Below, in pieces: positions 16,830 through 26,883 of a stretch of DNA of 37,007 nt; the first letter of the stretch is position 1; every line of letters begins with the position of its first letter. Under the pieces are notes generated by a model. That model searched no databases, was not told the DNA's origin, and saw nothing but the letters and a program-made list of their open reading frames with translations. Position numbers and translations under genes: made by a program. Origin of the DNA: Myxococcota bacterium (lineage in GTDB: Bacteria; Myxococcota_A; Bradymonadia; UBA7976; UBA1532); NCBI GenBank assembly GCA_036337435.1, contig JAYZEG010000084.1:1-37007 (forward strand), given 5' to 3'.

Positions 16830-17740
16830 ACGCCCCCACTCGGTACCAATTGGCAACGGCCGCTGACACACGTCTGCCCGACCACACATGTGACATTGCG
16901 GCACGCGCGGGTCAGTGCCAACGTCGCTGCTCCCGATGGCCGTATCTCACGAGTAACAACCACCACGCCATCGTTGAGCCCTTGCGCCCTTATCCACGTG
17001 TTGCCTTCACCCTCGGGTAGCGTTCTCGTCGCCCTGACTGTCGGCCCTTCAGGAACGGCGTAATCGAGTGGCATCCCGGCATCTGCTACACCGGCATCTC
17101 CCTCAACATTGACCCCCGCATCTGGGGGCGTCTCCGGCTCGGCAATGCGCTCCGGCAAACACACACGTGACGTCACGTTTTCATCATCAAAGCGGCTGCG
17201 TTGGACACAGGAATAACCTGGTCGGCACCCGTTCCCAGGTAATGCATCGAGATCACATTCTTGAACGCATGCCCCATCGGGCAGGGCGAGGCCACCAATA
17301 CAGAAAACCGCTGGTGTGCCAGCTCGGTTAGGGCATGTTCTCGCGCATTCTAGGCTACAATGGCCGCGGGGATACCCCGCGTCATCCGAAAAGCAAACCG
17401 CGCGAGAGTGTCCACACTCGCTCGAGTCCATACACGGACCACCCAACCAGCCCGCATTCACGCCTGGATCTTCGACCACGGGATCTGCGCCCATGTCGCC
17501 CGTTGGCACCTGGATCTGTGTTTGGCCACCATCGGGAATGGCATCAGCCTGTGGGAGTACAGCCAACTCAAATACGCCTGTCCATGCCTCCGTGCGGTCT
17601 TCATTCAATACGGTCAATCGCACTGCTTGAATCTCATCTGGGACAACCAGGTCGCCACAGATCTGGACCTCGGTGCCAGACGTGCTCGACTCCGAGCATG
17701 CGCTCGCCAGCATCGCGATTATGAGTACATATCGTGTCAT
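16817..17740 (-). CDS. Cys-rich lipoprotein of unknown function (myxobacterial Cys-rich module)
   Basis: Lipobox LASA-C. Module GGPCMDSSEC...C...GYPRGHCSLEC...C...C...GACVQEC...GCRPGYSC, with DAG-rich linkers. Confidence 0.78.
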   Translation of the reverse strand: MTRYVLIIAMLASACSESSTSGTEVQICGDLVVPDEIQAVRLTVLNEDRTEAWTGVFELAVLPQADAIPDGGQTQIQVPTGDMGADPVVEDPGVNAGWLGGPCMDSSECGHSRAVCFSDDAGYPRGHCSLECARTCPNRAGTPAVFCIGGLALPDGACVQECDLDALPGNGCRPGYSCVQRSRFDDENVTSRVCLPERIAEPETPPDAGVNVEGDAGVADAGMPLDYAVPEGPTVRATRTLPEGEGNTWIRAQGLNDGVVVVTREIRPSGAATLALTRACRNVTCVVGQTCVSGRCQLVPSGGVCDE

Positions 17741-18006
17741 GCCCCCAGATTACTTGCGACAGCATCCTCAGTAAACAGCATTCGACATGAGGACATCGGC
17801 TCTGGCATGGGTCACACCGTTCCTGACCCTCCAACTGCGCTTTCGTGACCAAATTTTCGAGTGAATTGGACTCCGCTTCTTTTTCAAACCATGGCGCTGG
17901 AAAAAGACAAAATACCAGGGTAACATTGCCGTGGACTGACAGTGCGGGTAGGGCTCTGTCACAGTCTGTCGGGGCAATCCACGTGAGATGAAGGGGCGAA
18001 AAGGTC
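17741..18006. promoter_or_regulatory. Divergent promoter region between the two arms of the locus
   Basis: 266-bp non-coding gap between head-to-head genes. It has A/T tracts and an imperfect inverted repeat at 17925-17978. No clear -35/-10 or sigma54 match was found. Confidence 0.55.
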
Positions 18007-20259
18007 GTGTTTAAAGAGGGCTGCAGCCGTCGAGTAAACCAAGAGAGAGCCGGTTCGCCTTGGTTAAACCGGGCGGTGCTCTTAGGTGTAGTTGTCGCCT
18101 ATTTAGCAGGCTGTTCCAACGCCGGGATAGAGCCGATACCTCCAGCACCACAAGTGCCTTTGGACAATTTGCTGCGCATCTCGGGTGAGGTTTGTACAGA
18201 ACCACCAGACATCACGCCATTTCCGGTCAAGCTGCTTTTCGTCATCGACCAGTCGGCTTCGCTGCAATGTACCGATTCGACATACCGACGGTTCGACGCG
18301 CTCCGACAGGTCATCGATGATCTTCTCCCCTTGCCCAACGCTTATTTCGGTTTCGTCGGTTTCGCATCATGGTCTCGAAAGCAGCCCTTCACGAGAAACC
18401 AGGATGAGATTAGACCGTTCCTCGATCCAGCCCAGGGCGAAGGGCCTGCGACCGATTATCAAGGGGCACTTGCATCTGCTTTGCAGATGCTCGAACAAGA
18501 TATGCTCGACTCAGGTCCGGCGCAGAGGGCCCGGACCCGATATGTTGTCGTATTTGTAAGTGACGGAACGCCAGAGCCGCGTTGCAATGCAGGCTGTGAG
18601 GACGACAACCGCACCTGTGCCGATGGTGTAGATAGCGACGGCGATGGTTTGGTCGATGCCAGCGACCCGGATTGCGCTGATTTAGACGACAACAGCCTCA
18701 GCCCTGACAATTTGTATGCCGTTTGCAATACCGACCGCGAAATTCCCGAGGGTGTTTATGTCGATATGGCCGGGCGGTGCCCTGAATATAACCAACCGCG
18801 ACAAATCATTCAGCGTGTCGAGGAACTGCGAACACTCGAACTGCTGTACTCAGCTGGGGAAGTCATGCTGAATTCGGTGTTCATCTCGTCTCCACAAGAG
18901 GTGGTCGAGGAAGCATGCCCAAACGCCCAAGTGGACTTCGGCTATAATGTCGACGCCGCCAAGGCACTTGTGTCCGAGATGGCGCGCGTGGGTGGTGGTG
19001 TTTTCCGCGACGTAAATGTCGCAGATGGCAATGCGTCCTTTCTTGATTTCGACTTTACGTCACTCCGGACGCCGTACCATGCAACGGGTTTCGTCGCCTA
19101 TAACCAAAATGCCATATCCACCACCAATGGCCTGATCGCTGACACAGACGCCGATGGTCTCTCGGACATTGAAGAACGGACTGGGGGCACAAACCCCGAA
19201 CAGGCCGACAGCGATGACAATGATGGCTACAGCGACCTGTTCGAGACGCGCTATCGACGAAGCGGCTTTGACCCCCTCGACAGCACAATCCCGGCATTGA
19301 CCTGTGGGGACCCCGTGGACAGTGACGGGGACGGGCTTCATGATTGCGAAGAAGAGTTTCTGAATCTAGATCCCCGAAATCCAGATACCGACGGAGACCA
19401 AATCTTGGACGGTCTTGAGCTCCGTGCCGGGACCGACCCGGCCTTGCAGGACGCCGATCGAGATCCAGATTACGACGGCATCATCAACCGAAGCGAAATA
19501 CAGGGCAATACGAACCCAAATGTGGTCGATGGCGACCGATTTCAAAAGGAGCGAGTTCGCTACACCCTCACCGACCGCGGTGACCAACCGGTTCTCAATA
19601 GAGAGACCGGCGAGTTGGAAGAACGCCGCTGCTATGATTTCGATGTGCAACGACTCGAACTCGTTGTGACAGAACAAACCCGCGACCGTGGCCGTAACCG
19701 AATTTTTCTACACGTCTACGGGCAACCCCTCGGTCTCTCTGGCTCGCGCGCCACAATTCGCCAAGCCTGCATCGAGGTGAAGTACCCGGGAGAAGGGGTC
19801 AAACGCCCGGAATCAGGTCATGTAGATGTGTCGCCTGATGGGTATACAGCGATTCGGACGGGGTTAGAGTCTCCTCTGGACACGATCCGCTCGTGCACGG
19901 GATTGGACGACATGATTAGGCCGGATTTGGAAGACCTTGTGGATACGTGTTTACCTGTACGGCAGCTGGTCGGCAGGGTGCTTTTTCATCGGGATGAATT
20001 GGTCGAACTCGTTCGGCGTTATTACAACCGCGATTTATCTCTGGCGATTCCAGACATCCCATCGGATTTATTTTGGCCCATTGAAATCTTTGATCCCGAT
20101 GAACACTGCCTGAGAGCCTGGGAGCTGGATCGCGTCAGTGACTTTATGGAGATCCTCGCGGACGCCTGTCAGCGATGCCAAGAGGATGCCGCTGTGGACG
20201 CAGGTGCCGAAACCACGCCATCATCGAACGACGCGGGCCTCACCGAGGATGCGGAATGA
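18007..20259 (+). CDS. VWA-domain lipoprotein with thrombospondin-like repeats (MtsD/CglB-like); intact MIDAS
   Basis: Lipobox LAG-C. MIDAS residues VIDQSAS / PATDY / FVSDG. DTDADGLSD, DSDGDGLHD and DTDGDQILD units. The GTG start at 18007 is approximate. Confidence 0.86.
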   Translation: MFKEGCSRRVNQERAGSPWLNRAVLLGVVVAYLAGCSNAGIEPIPPAPQVPLDNLLRISGEVCTEPPDITPFPVKLLFVIDQSASLQCTDSTYRRFDALRQVIDDLLPLPNAYFGFVGFASWSRKQPFTRNQDEIRPFLDPAQGEGPATDYQGALASALQMLEQDMLDSGPAQRARTRYVVVFVSDGTPEPRCNAGCEDDNRTCADGVDSDGDGLVDASDPDCADLDDNSLSPDNLYAVCNTDREIPEGVYVDMAGRCPEYNQPRQIIQRVEELRTLELLYSAGEVMLNSVFISSPQEVVEEACPNAQVDFGYNVDAAKALVSEMARVGGGVFRDVNVADGNASFLDFDFTSLRTPYHATGFVAYNQNAISTTNGLIADTDADGLSDIEERTGGTNPEQADSDDNDGYSDLFETRYRRSGFDPLDSTIPALTCGDPVDSDGDGLHDCEEEFLNLDPRNPDTDGDQILDGLELRAGTDPALQDADRDPDYDGIINRSEIQGNTNPNVVDGDRFQKERVRYTLTDRGDQPVLNRETGELEERRCYDFDVQRLELVVTEQTRDRGRNRIFLHVYGQPLGLSGSRATIRQACIEVKYPGEGVKRPESGHVDVSPDGYTAIRTGLESPLDTIRSCTGLDDMIRPDLEDLVDTCLPVRQLVGRVLFHRDELVELVRRYYNRDLSLAIPDIPSDLFWPIEIFDPDEHCLRAWELDRVSDFMEILADACQRCQEDAAVDAGAETTPSSNDAGLTEDAE

Positions 20260-22052
20260 TTCGTTATGTTCTCATCGGACTCATCCTCGCTGGGTGTAGC
20301 CGGTCAAAACTGGAACTGATTCCGCCAGATCCACCGCCTCCGCGCGACGATAAGATCACCATCAGGGGTGAATTCTGCACCAGATCACCGAGCGAACTCG
20401 CCTTTCCGTTACGTGTTCTCTTCGTAGTCGACGTCTCCGATAGCATGGCTGTCACAGACCCTCCGGACGGCGAAACAGGGGAAAGTCGTCGGGTATCCGC
20501 TGTACGCGAAACATGGACTCAGATTCTAGATGACAATCCATTCGCAAAAATCGGTATCCTCCCGTTTTCGAGTAACGCACAATCGAGGACTCCCGTTATC
20601 GGTGAGAATGAGCTCCCGATCTCTTATTTTACCCGCAACGTAGATACCTTGGAGACAGCAACGCTGGCACTTCAAGAAACCGAACGAACCACCAACTACC
20701 TCAACGCACTGGATGAATCCTACTTTGAAATCCGGACCGAGATGCGCGAAACCAGTCAAGAAGACAGACAGCGAAGCCGCTACATCATCATCTTCTTGTC
20801 CGATGGGCTACCGGACGACGGCGGAACCACAGGTCGACAGCGGCAGGGAGATGCCATCGTTGAAACCATCCGGCGCATGCGGGACTTAAAAAACATTTTT
20901 GGGGTACGCGAAATCACACTTCACACGGCCTACATGGCGAGCGACCAAGGCTCATTGGCCGACGCCCCTGCCGAAGCCTTGTTAACGCGCATGGCCAATG
21001 CAGGTGCTGGCAGCTTCCGAAGCTTTGCCAGTGGCGAGGGGCTTGATTTTCTGCAATTGGCGTCGTCCAGCTTGAAGCGGCTCTTTACACTGTCCTCGCT
21101 GGTCGTTTTCAACACGCAGATGGTCCGCGATCGCGCACAAATCCCCGCTGAGACGATCCCCTGGTTTGATTCAGGCGCTTTTAAGGATCTCGCATCCAAC
21201 GATGCGATCGATTGCTCAGACCCATTGATCGACACGGATGGCGACGGGCTCGCCGACCTGATCGAGGCTCGAATTGGTACAGATCCCAGCGACCCGGATA
21301 CCGATGGTGATGGCCTACGTGACCGAATCGAATGGAATTTGGCGATTTCAGGGCTTGACCCGTTGGACCCGACAGATGCAGGTTGTTACACCCCGCGCAC
21401 GGTGGATGAGGAGCCCGACTGCACTGACGATGATGAAGACGGGCTATGCGACTGCGAGAAGAATGCCGGAGGACGATGCATCTACCCTGATTCCGACGGT
21501 GATGGCCTCAATAACTGTGAGGAGATCTTCATTGGGACCAGCCAAAGTAGCGTCGATACAGACGTCGATGGCCTGCCGGATGCTGTCGAGTACCGGTTTC
21601 AGACCGATACTGTAACCAAGGATGCGATCGGGGACCTCGATTGGGATCTAACCCCGAATGGCATAGAGCTTAGAACAGGGGGCAATCCCCAATGCGATGA
21701 CGCGGATGTCCGAAGTCGTGTTGCATACGATTATCAGATCAGTGAGCAGCAATCGGTCGATGAAACCATGTGTTATCGATTTCGGGTCGGCGGGGTTACC
21801 CTATTGCCGACGAGTGGTGATGAGGCACTAAATGGACTCGGAAAAGGCCGCAATCGAATCCTCGTCTATGCCGGAGAACAATCGTTTGATGAACCGGACA
21901 CCTTCGCAGGATGGCGAATCGCCTGCCTCGAGGGCACCTACTCCGAAGAGCTGGACAGAAAGACGCCTCTTTCCGGCATCGTAAATTTAAAGGATGAAGA
22001 CTTTGTTCCGTCAGAAGAGTTCGACCCTTCCAAGTGTGTTAATCGCCCTTAG
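20256..22052 (+). CDS. VWA-domain lipoprotein with thrombospondin-like repeats (MtsD/CglB-like); intact MIDAS
   Basis: Start ATG 20256 overlaps the upstream TGA (ATGA). Signal MIRYVLIGLILAG-C. MIDAS residues VVDVSDS / TTNY / FLSDG, plus DTDGDGL repeats. Confidence 0.86.
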   Translation: MIRYVLIGLILAGCSRSKLELIPPDPPPPRDDKITIRGEFCTRSPSELAFPLRVLFVVDVSDSMAVTDPPDGETGESRRVSAVRETWTQILDDNPFAKIGILPFSSNAQSRTPVIGENELPISYFTRNVDTLETATLALQETERTTNYLNALDESYFEIRTEMRETSQEDRQRSRYIIIFLSDGLPDDGGTTGRQRQGDAIVETIRRMRDLKNIFGVREITLHTAYMASDQGSLADAPAEALLTRMANAGAGSFRSFASGEGLDFLQLASSSLKRLFTLSSLVVFNTQMVRDRAQIPAETIPWFDSGAFKDLASNDAIDCSDPLIDTDGDGLADLIEARIGTDPSDPDTDGDGLRDRIEWNLAISGLDPLDPTDAGCYTPRTVDEEPDCTDDDEDGLCDCEKNAGGRCIYPDSDGDGLNNCEEIFIGTSQSSVDTDVDGLPDAVEYRFQTDTVTKDAIGDLDWDLTPNGIELRTGGNPQCDDADVRSRVAYDYQISEQQSVDETMCYRFRVGGVTLLPTSGDEALNGLGKGRNRILVYAGEQSFDEPDTFAGWRIACLEGTYSEELDRKTPLSGIVNLKDEDFVPSEEFDPSKCVNRP

Positions 22053-25000
22053 TCTGTTTTGGGCCGGCTGCGCGGCGGAAGAGCAACAAACCCAGCAAAT
22101 GCAGGTGGACGATATGGCCCCACCTGGACCCGTGTGTGACTTTGACGAATCGGATGGATTGGACTCGGCCAAAACCATCGCGCCAGGCACCCCGCAAGAG
22201 GGTTTTATTTGCCCAGTGGAAGACCAAGACTGGTTTTCCTTCTCCACTGGGACCGATGACCGCGTCGTCGTTCAATTGGAGATGACGTCTGCAATTTCTG
22301 CAGTGAGCCCAAGCTACGGAATTGTGAACAGTGATGGAGACGCCGTAGCGACCGGCTCAAATCAGGCCGGTGTGGCATCCGGCACGCATTGCGTGGAACC
22401 GGGCCGCTATTCTATCGTCGTTCGCGATTCGAGCAATGCGTATCAAGATTTACGAAATCCCTACCGAATTTCTATTGAGACCGGACGCGAACCAGATGAA
22501 CATGAGCCTAACCAGGATCAAGCGACTGCGACGCCACTGGCTCCGGACGTCGCCAAATCAGGCTTCATCGCCTGCGATGGCGATGCAGACTGGTACGCCT
22601 TTGAGATCCCAGGGCGGTTCATCGTAACCATCGAGCTGACCATGGACCTCACAACCGTGCAGCCTCGAATTCAAATGTTAAATTCGGACGGAGAGTTAGT
22701 CCAACAACTGGAAAACAGGGGGGCCTCACGGGAGGCCACGGAATTGATTAAAACCGTCTCAGTCACAGAGGCGGGGCAATATTTCTTTAAAGTCACCGAT
22801 GCATCCGGACGAAGGGCTGATTCAGACGTCCCTTATCAAGTTCGTTTTTCTCTGACCGAGGATGCGGATCTCAATGAGCCCAACGACAAGAATGTCGATG
22901 CGACCCCAATTGCGGGCCTGACCTGTGGTGAGGACTGGACTGACTGGGTAGAATTTGAAGGCACTTTTGGCGTCGCCGGCGATGTTGATTGGTTTCGAGT
23001 GCCTTTGACCGGCTGTGATCCAGGTCTCATCGAAGCTGAAATTCTTCTCAATACCGATGGCCTTTCGCCGGAGGCCGCAGCGGGCCTTCAAGCCGCCATA
23101 GGCATGGTTCGGCTCCACGGGCCATCAACCTGCGAGGATAATGCGTCTTGCCTGGGGCTGAATGCAGCATGTGAGAACGGGTGGGGCTGTGCCGGTTATG
23201 GCAACCAATGCATCAACGGTCAATGCGCAGGGACGGGCGAATGTATGACAGAAGGACAGTGCGGTGCACTACAACTGCAGCGTGCATACGACCCATCGGG
23301 CCCACCGCTGGAAGATGGCACACCGGCACCCCACCGCGCACTTATCTCCGCCCCCATCTTTGGTGATGAGGTGCTCTACCTGCGGGTGAGCGACTTTGGT
23401 GGAGACACGGCGGCCCCTCGTAATCCATATCGGCTCCGTGTTCGTACACGCGCCGAACCAGATCAAAATGAGCCCTCCAACGTCTACATGCCGGACTCTT
23501 ATCGACGGAACCAGCCGGTGGGTCTCAACCGTGCCATCGCTGTACGCAGCAGACAGGTGCCGGTCCATCTTTGTGGTGGTCAAGCACCGACTGACCCGTG
23601 CCTAGAAATGCAACCGGCATGCAACAATCAAGTAGACGACGATGGCGATGGACAGACCGACTACCCGTTCGATCCGGGTTGCAGTTCTTGGACTGACGCC
23701 ACGGAAAACGACAGCGACAATCCACCCCAATGCGCCAACGGGGAAGATGATGACCTCGATGGAGAGATCGATTATCCCCTCGATCCAGACTGTACAGCCG
23801 CAAGTTCAAGACGAGAACGAAATCCAAGCTGCCCCGCCGGTGTTGATCTTCGGCGTATTGCCGATGACCAGCAAATTGTGATGGGTGACCTCGACCAACT
23901 GTCAGAATTTGGAGGGTCTTGTGGGGGGGCCGGAGGGCGCGAGCGGGTGTATGCACTGCGGGTTTCCTATCCGAGCGAGGTCACTGTGACCTTGGACGCA
24001 CAATTTGATGGGGTGGTCTATGGACTCTATAATTGTAGTCGCGACAGTGAAGAAATTGGATGTGCAGCCAATGGACAAGAACTCAACTTGGTTTTTGAAG
24101 GTCCGGGCATCTATTTCCTTGTCGTCGACTCAGTCGACGGAACTGGACCCTTCACATTAAATATCAACCGTCGAGTCACGGTCGAACTCTGCGATAACGT
24201 CATGAAAGACAACCATGACGCCCAGGATGGTGGCGTTGGGACGCTCGATGCGGGTCTAATGACAGATACAGGACCGAATAACGACGTGGACGCCGCCATA
24301 GAGGATTCAGGACAACCGGCCGTTGATGCAGCACTTGACCTTGACGCCAACATTGATCTCGATGCGGGCGTACCGCCGGACCAAAACGTGCCAGTGGCCG
24401 ACAGCCGACTAGACCAGAGCCCTCAGGATTTAGCGGCTGAAGACGCAGCACCCAACCCATTGGATCAAGATCGCGGAGCTGCGCATGATGCGCAGCAGAC
24501 GGACATAGGCTCGGCACCGGATGCCGGGGCTCCCACCGTGGATGCGGGCGAGCCCCCACGGCCACCCATCGAGTTTGTCAATCACTGCTGCGGTACGGAG
24601 GAGTCGGACTGGATTGAAGGCTCTATCTCCTACGAATACGACCAGGATTGGTATGCCTACCGACACCCTTGCCCGGGTGAAGACTGCATGGTTCGGATCG
24701 TTTTTCAGCTAGACGGCGGTTCCGTTGATCATCTGATGCAAGTCTACACCGGCAATAGTCTATGGTTCGATACGGTCATCCCCGTTCAAGAATTACCTAT
24801 GCATCCCGCGAGTTCTGGACGGTTCGGTGGGCTAGAGCAAGGTGACCAATGTTTCTATGCATTTTCAGGGCACGGCAGCGAACGCGGCGACTATCTGTAT
24901 GTGCTGTCAATCCGAGACCTGCTGCCCGCTCGAGACTGGAACCCGGATCAGAAATATCGGTTTTGCGTCGAGAAAATCGCTGATGGATGCCATGAACCAC

Positions 25001-25053
25001 CGTGTCGACGGGTCGAAGTCAATGAAGAAGTGGAGGAATGCAGTGCACGTTAG
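21994..25053 (+). CDS. Large lipoprotein with PPC-like beta-sandwich repeats and Cys-rich modules (MtsF-like)
   Basis: Lipobox WAG-C. Repeated EPN...A...G.I....D.DW(F/Y) units, two C.N..DDD.DG..DYP.DP.C units and a long DAG-rich linker. The MtsF-like label rests on position after the MtsD-like genes and on recalled architecture. Confidence 0.72.
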   Translation: MKTLFRQKSSTLPSVLIALSLFWAGCAAEEQQTQQMQVDDMAPPGPVCDFDESDGLDSAKTIAPGTPQEGFICPVEDQDWFSFSTGTDDRVVVQLEMTSAISAVSPSYGIVNSDGDAVATGSNQAGVASGTHCVEPGRYSIVVRDSSNAYQDLRNPYRISIETGREPDEHEPNQDQATATPLAPDVAKSGFIACDGDADWYAFEIPGRFIVTIELTMDLTTVQPRIQMLNSDGELVQQLENRGASREATELIKTVSVTEAGQYFFKVTDASGRRADSDVPYQVRFSLTEDADLNEPNDKNVDATPIAGLTCGEDWTDWVEFEGTFGVAGDVDWFRVPLTGCDPGLIEAEILLNTDGLSPEAAAGLQAAIGMVRLHGPSTCEDNASCLGLNAACENGWGCAGYGNQCINGQCAGTGECMTEGQCGALQLQRAYDPSGPPLEDGTPAPHRALISAPIFGDEVLYLRVSDFGGDTAAPRNPYRLRVRTRAEPDQNEPSNVYMPDSYRRNQPVGLNRAIAVRSRQVPVHLCGGQAPTDPCLEMQPACNNQVDDDGDGQTDYPFDPGCSSWTDATENDSDNPPQCANGEDDDLDGEIDYPLDPDCTAASSRRERNPSCPAGVDLRRIADDQQIVMGDLDQLSEFGGSCGGAGGRERVYALRVSYPSEVTVTLDAQFDGVVYGLYNCSRDSEEIGCAANGQELNLVFEGPGIYFLVVDSVDGTGPFTLNINRRVTVELCDNVMKDNHDAQDGGVGTLDAGLMTDTGPNNDVDAAIEDSGQPAVDAALDLDANIDLDAGVPPDQNVPVADSRLDQSPQDLAAEDAAPNPLDQDRGAAHDAQQTDIGSAPDAGAPTVDAGEPPRPPIEFVNHCCGTEESDWIEGSISYEYDQDWYAYRHPCPGEDCMVRIVFQLDGGSVDHLMQVYTGNSLWFDTVIPVQELPMHPASSGRFGGLEQGDQCFYAFSGHGSERGDYLYVLSIRDLLPARDWNPDQKYRFCVEKIADGCHEPPCRRVEVNEEVEECSAR

Positions 25054-26446
25054 TCAACAAATGGGCATTTATTTAAGCCTCATCTTGGCGGCCACTGCCT
25101 GCTCTGGCAGTGGTGAAACAACAGCAGAGCCCGTTCCAGACATGGGCACGCCAACCAGTGTAGACCGAGGGTCAGCACCGCCAGTGCGGGAACGACCCTG
25201 GACAACCGGCACCGTGGAAAGTGGCGGGACAGGCCAGCAGCCCAGCTTGGCCGTCTCCAACAGCGGAACCATTGGCGTCGCCTACTTCCAATCGAAAGGC
25301 GTTACCGGTGAAGCATGCACCGAAGTCGGTGATGAAGCCGGCGTGCCCAACAAAACCGTATGGACAGTGCGCTACGCCCGCTTAGCAGGAGATGAATGGC
25401 GCGCCGAAACGGTCCATGAACCGCTCTTGGTCGGCACGCCGGTCGGTGTCAGCTTACGCTACGATGGCGATAGCACACCGCACGTTGCCACGATGACAGG
25501 GGAACCAATTGAATTGCTGCGGTACTGTGGTGCCAACGATGTCGGCCTGCTCACACCGGGCGATGATGGATGGGAGCTCGAAACAGTTGTCGCAGAAAGT
25601 AACGAAGCAGCAAGTGGTATGCCAGCAAGTGATTTCGGGTCGGTGGTTGGCTACTGGCCTGGCCTCAGCTTCGATAATGATGGCCAACCAGCCATCGCAT
25701 ATCGAGATGTCCATGGGGGCGGCCTACAGGGTGATGACCTCACTCGCGCCGACATGGAGTTTGCATGGAAACGGAATGGCACCTGGCAAAATATACCTGT
25801 CGACATAGGTGAGGGTGCAGGTGATTTCAACCAAGTGGTTTTCGATGTGGATAATCGGCCCGTTATTCTCTATTCGAATCCCGTTGAGCAACAATCGGCA
25901 GATAAGCTAGGCCTCTGGATCGCACGTGGAGACGCCACCGGAGAAGAATGGGAGAAGACGCGGTTGTTTGAGGGAAAAACCTCGGAGCGTCCCAGCATTG
26001 CTCGGCATCCCGAGACGGGAGACCTTTGGGTCAGTTTTTACAATGTTGAGGAGGCGCGTCCGTACATCGCTCAATGGACTGCAGGCAGCCCATTTTCTGA
26101 GTGGACACTGACCGCCCTCGGGGATCCCCGGTATGTGGAAGGCGAACATCCATCTATCGCCATCGATGAAAATGGATTTGTCAGCGTCGTCTGGTATCGC
26201 TGCGTACGAATCGGCCAAGGGTCCACATGCGACCCACAAGACGATGGAATCGTATTTGCCTGGTTCGTGGACGACGAATGGCTCACGGAAGTCATCGACG
26301 ACGGCGAAATGGGCTTGTGTGGGCGATATCCGAACCTGGCTTACGGGCGTGACAATCGAGCGGTGGTTGTCTATCAATGTGCCGCGCGCTCTGGGGACAC
26401 ATTTGAGTTTGAGCTACGGTATGCACGACGGAAAGAGCTCAGATGA
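25043..26446 (+). CDS. Lipoprotein, probable beta-propeller, function unknown
   Basis: GGAGG RBS at 25032-25036 precedes an in-frame GTG at 25043. Lipobox ATA-C. Repeating PSLAV/PGLSFD/PSIAR/PSIAID/PNLAY blades with W..E.V motifs. Confidence 0.78.
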   Translation: MHVSQQMGIYLSLILAATACSGSGETTAEPVPDMGTPTSVDRGSAPPVRERPWTTGTVESGGTGQQPSLAVSNSGTIGVAYFQSKGVTGEACTEVGDEAGVPNKTVWTVRYARLAGDEWRAETVHEPLLVGTPVGVSLRYDGDSTPHVATMTGEPIELLRYCGANDVGLLTPGDDGWELETVVAESNEAASGMPASDFGSVVGYWPGLSFDNDGQPAIAYRDVHGGGLQGDDLTRADMEFAWKRNGTWQNIPVDIGEGAGDFNQVVFDVDNRPVILYSNPVEQQSADKLGLWIARGDATGEEWEKTRLFEGKTSERPSIARHPETGDLWVSFYNVEEARPYIAQWTAGSPFSEWTLTALGDPRYVEGEHPSIAIDENGFVSVVWYRCVRIGQGSTCDPQDDGIVFAWFVDDEWLTEVIDDGEMGLCGRYPNLAYGRDNRAVVVYQCAARSGDTFEFELRYARRKELR

Positions 26447-26883
26447 TACGGTTTGGATTCATCATAGGTTTGCTGTGCACGGCCCTTGGATGCGGGAATG
26501 ACGAGACCACGTCGGACCTAAGCGGCAGCGTCAGCCGCGTATACAGCTTGTCTTTCGACACGACTCGGTCGCTCATGACTGAAGACGAGCTGGCCATCCA
26601 ATACATCGATAACGGGGCCGTTATCCTGCAAATTGTTATCAACCGCGGACAAGTCGGCGAGCTCGAAGCAGGGACGTATGATCTCGGCATGGTCGGAACG
26701 GTGGTCGGGGATAGGCCAGAAGCCTCGCTCCCTGATTTTGTATCCGGGCAGGTCACGCTGAGCACATTTTCCAACTCGGACGGCGCGGCCATCGAGGGAT
26801 CTTTTGCTGCAACTGTTGAGACGAGCAATAATCAATACTCGGTGGTGGGCCAGTTCGCAAACCAGTTGACTTTGGTGCCTTAA
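26443..26883 (+). CDS. Small beta-rich lipoprotein, function unknown
   Basis: ATGA overlap with the previous gene. Lipobox ALG-C. Ends in the IEGSFAATV...VVGQF beta pattern. Confidence 0.75.
   Translation: MIRFGFIIGLLCTALGCGNDETTSDLSGSVSRVYSLSFDTTRSLMTEDELAIQYIDNGAVILQIVINRGQVGELEAGTYDLGMVGTVVGDRPEASLPDFVSGQVTLSTFSNSDGAAIEGSFAATVETSNNQYSVVGQFANQLTLVP

Noticed and set aside
16830..16904. N-terminal extensions in the ORF track (also 6682-6693, 9915-9956, 20175-20255, 24842-25042, 28690-28719, 36488-36511)
   Set aside because: Downstream starts give proper signal peptides, RBSs or stop/start coupling; most of the extensions overlap upstream genes.
17768..17977. 69-aa minus-strand ORF in the divergent gap
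   Set aside because: It has no recognisable motif or good RBS and occupies the expected promoter region; there is no support for coding.
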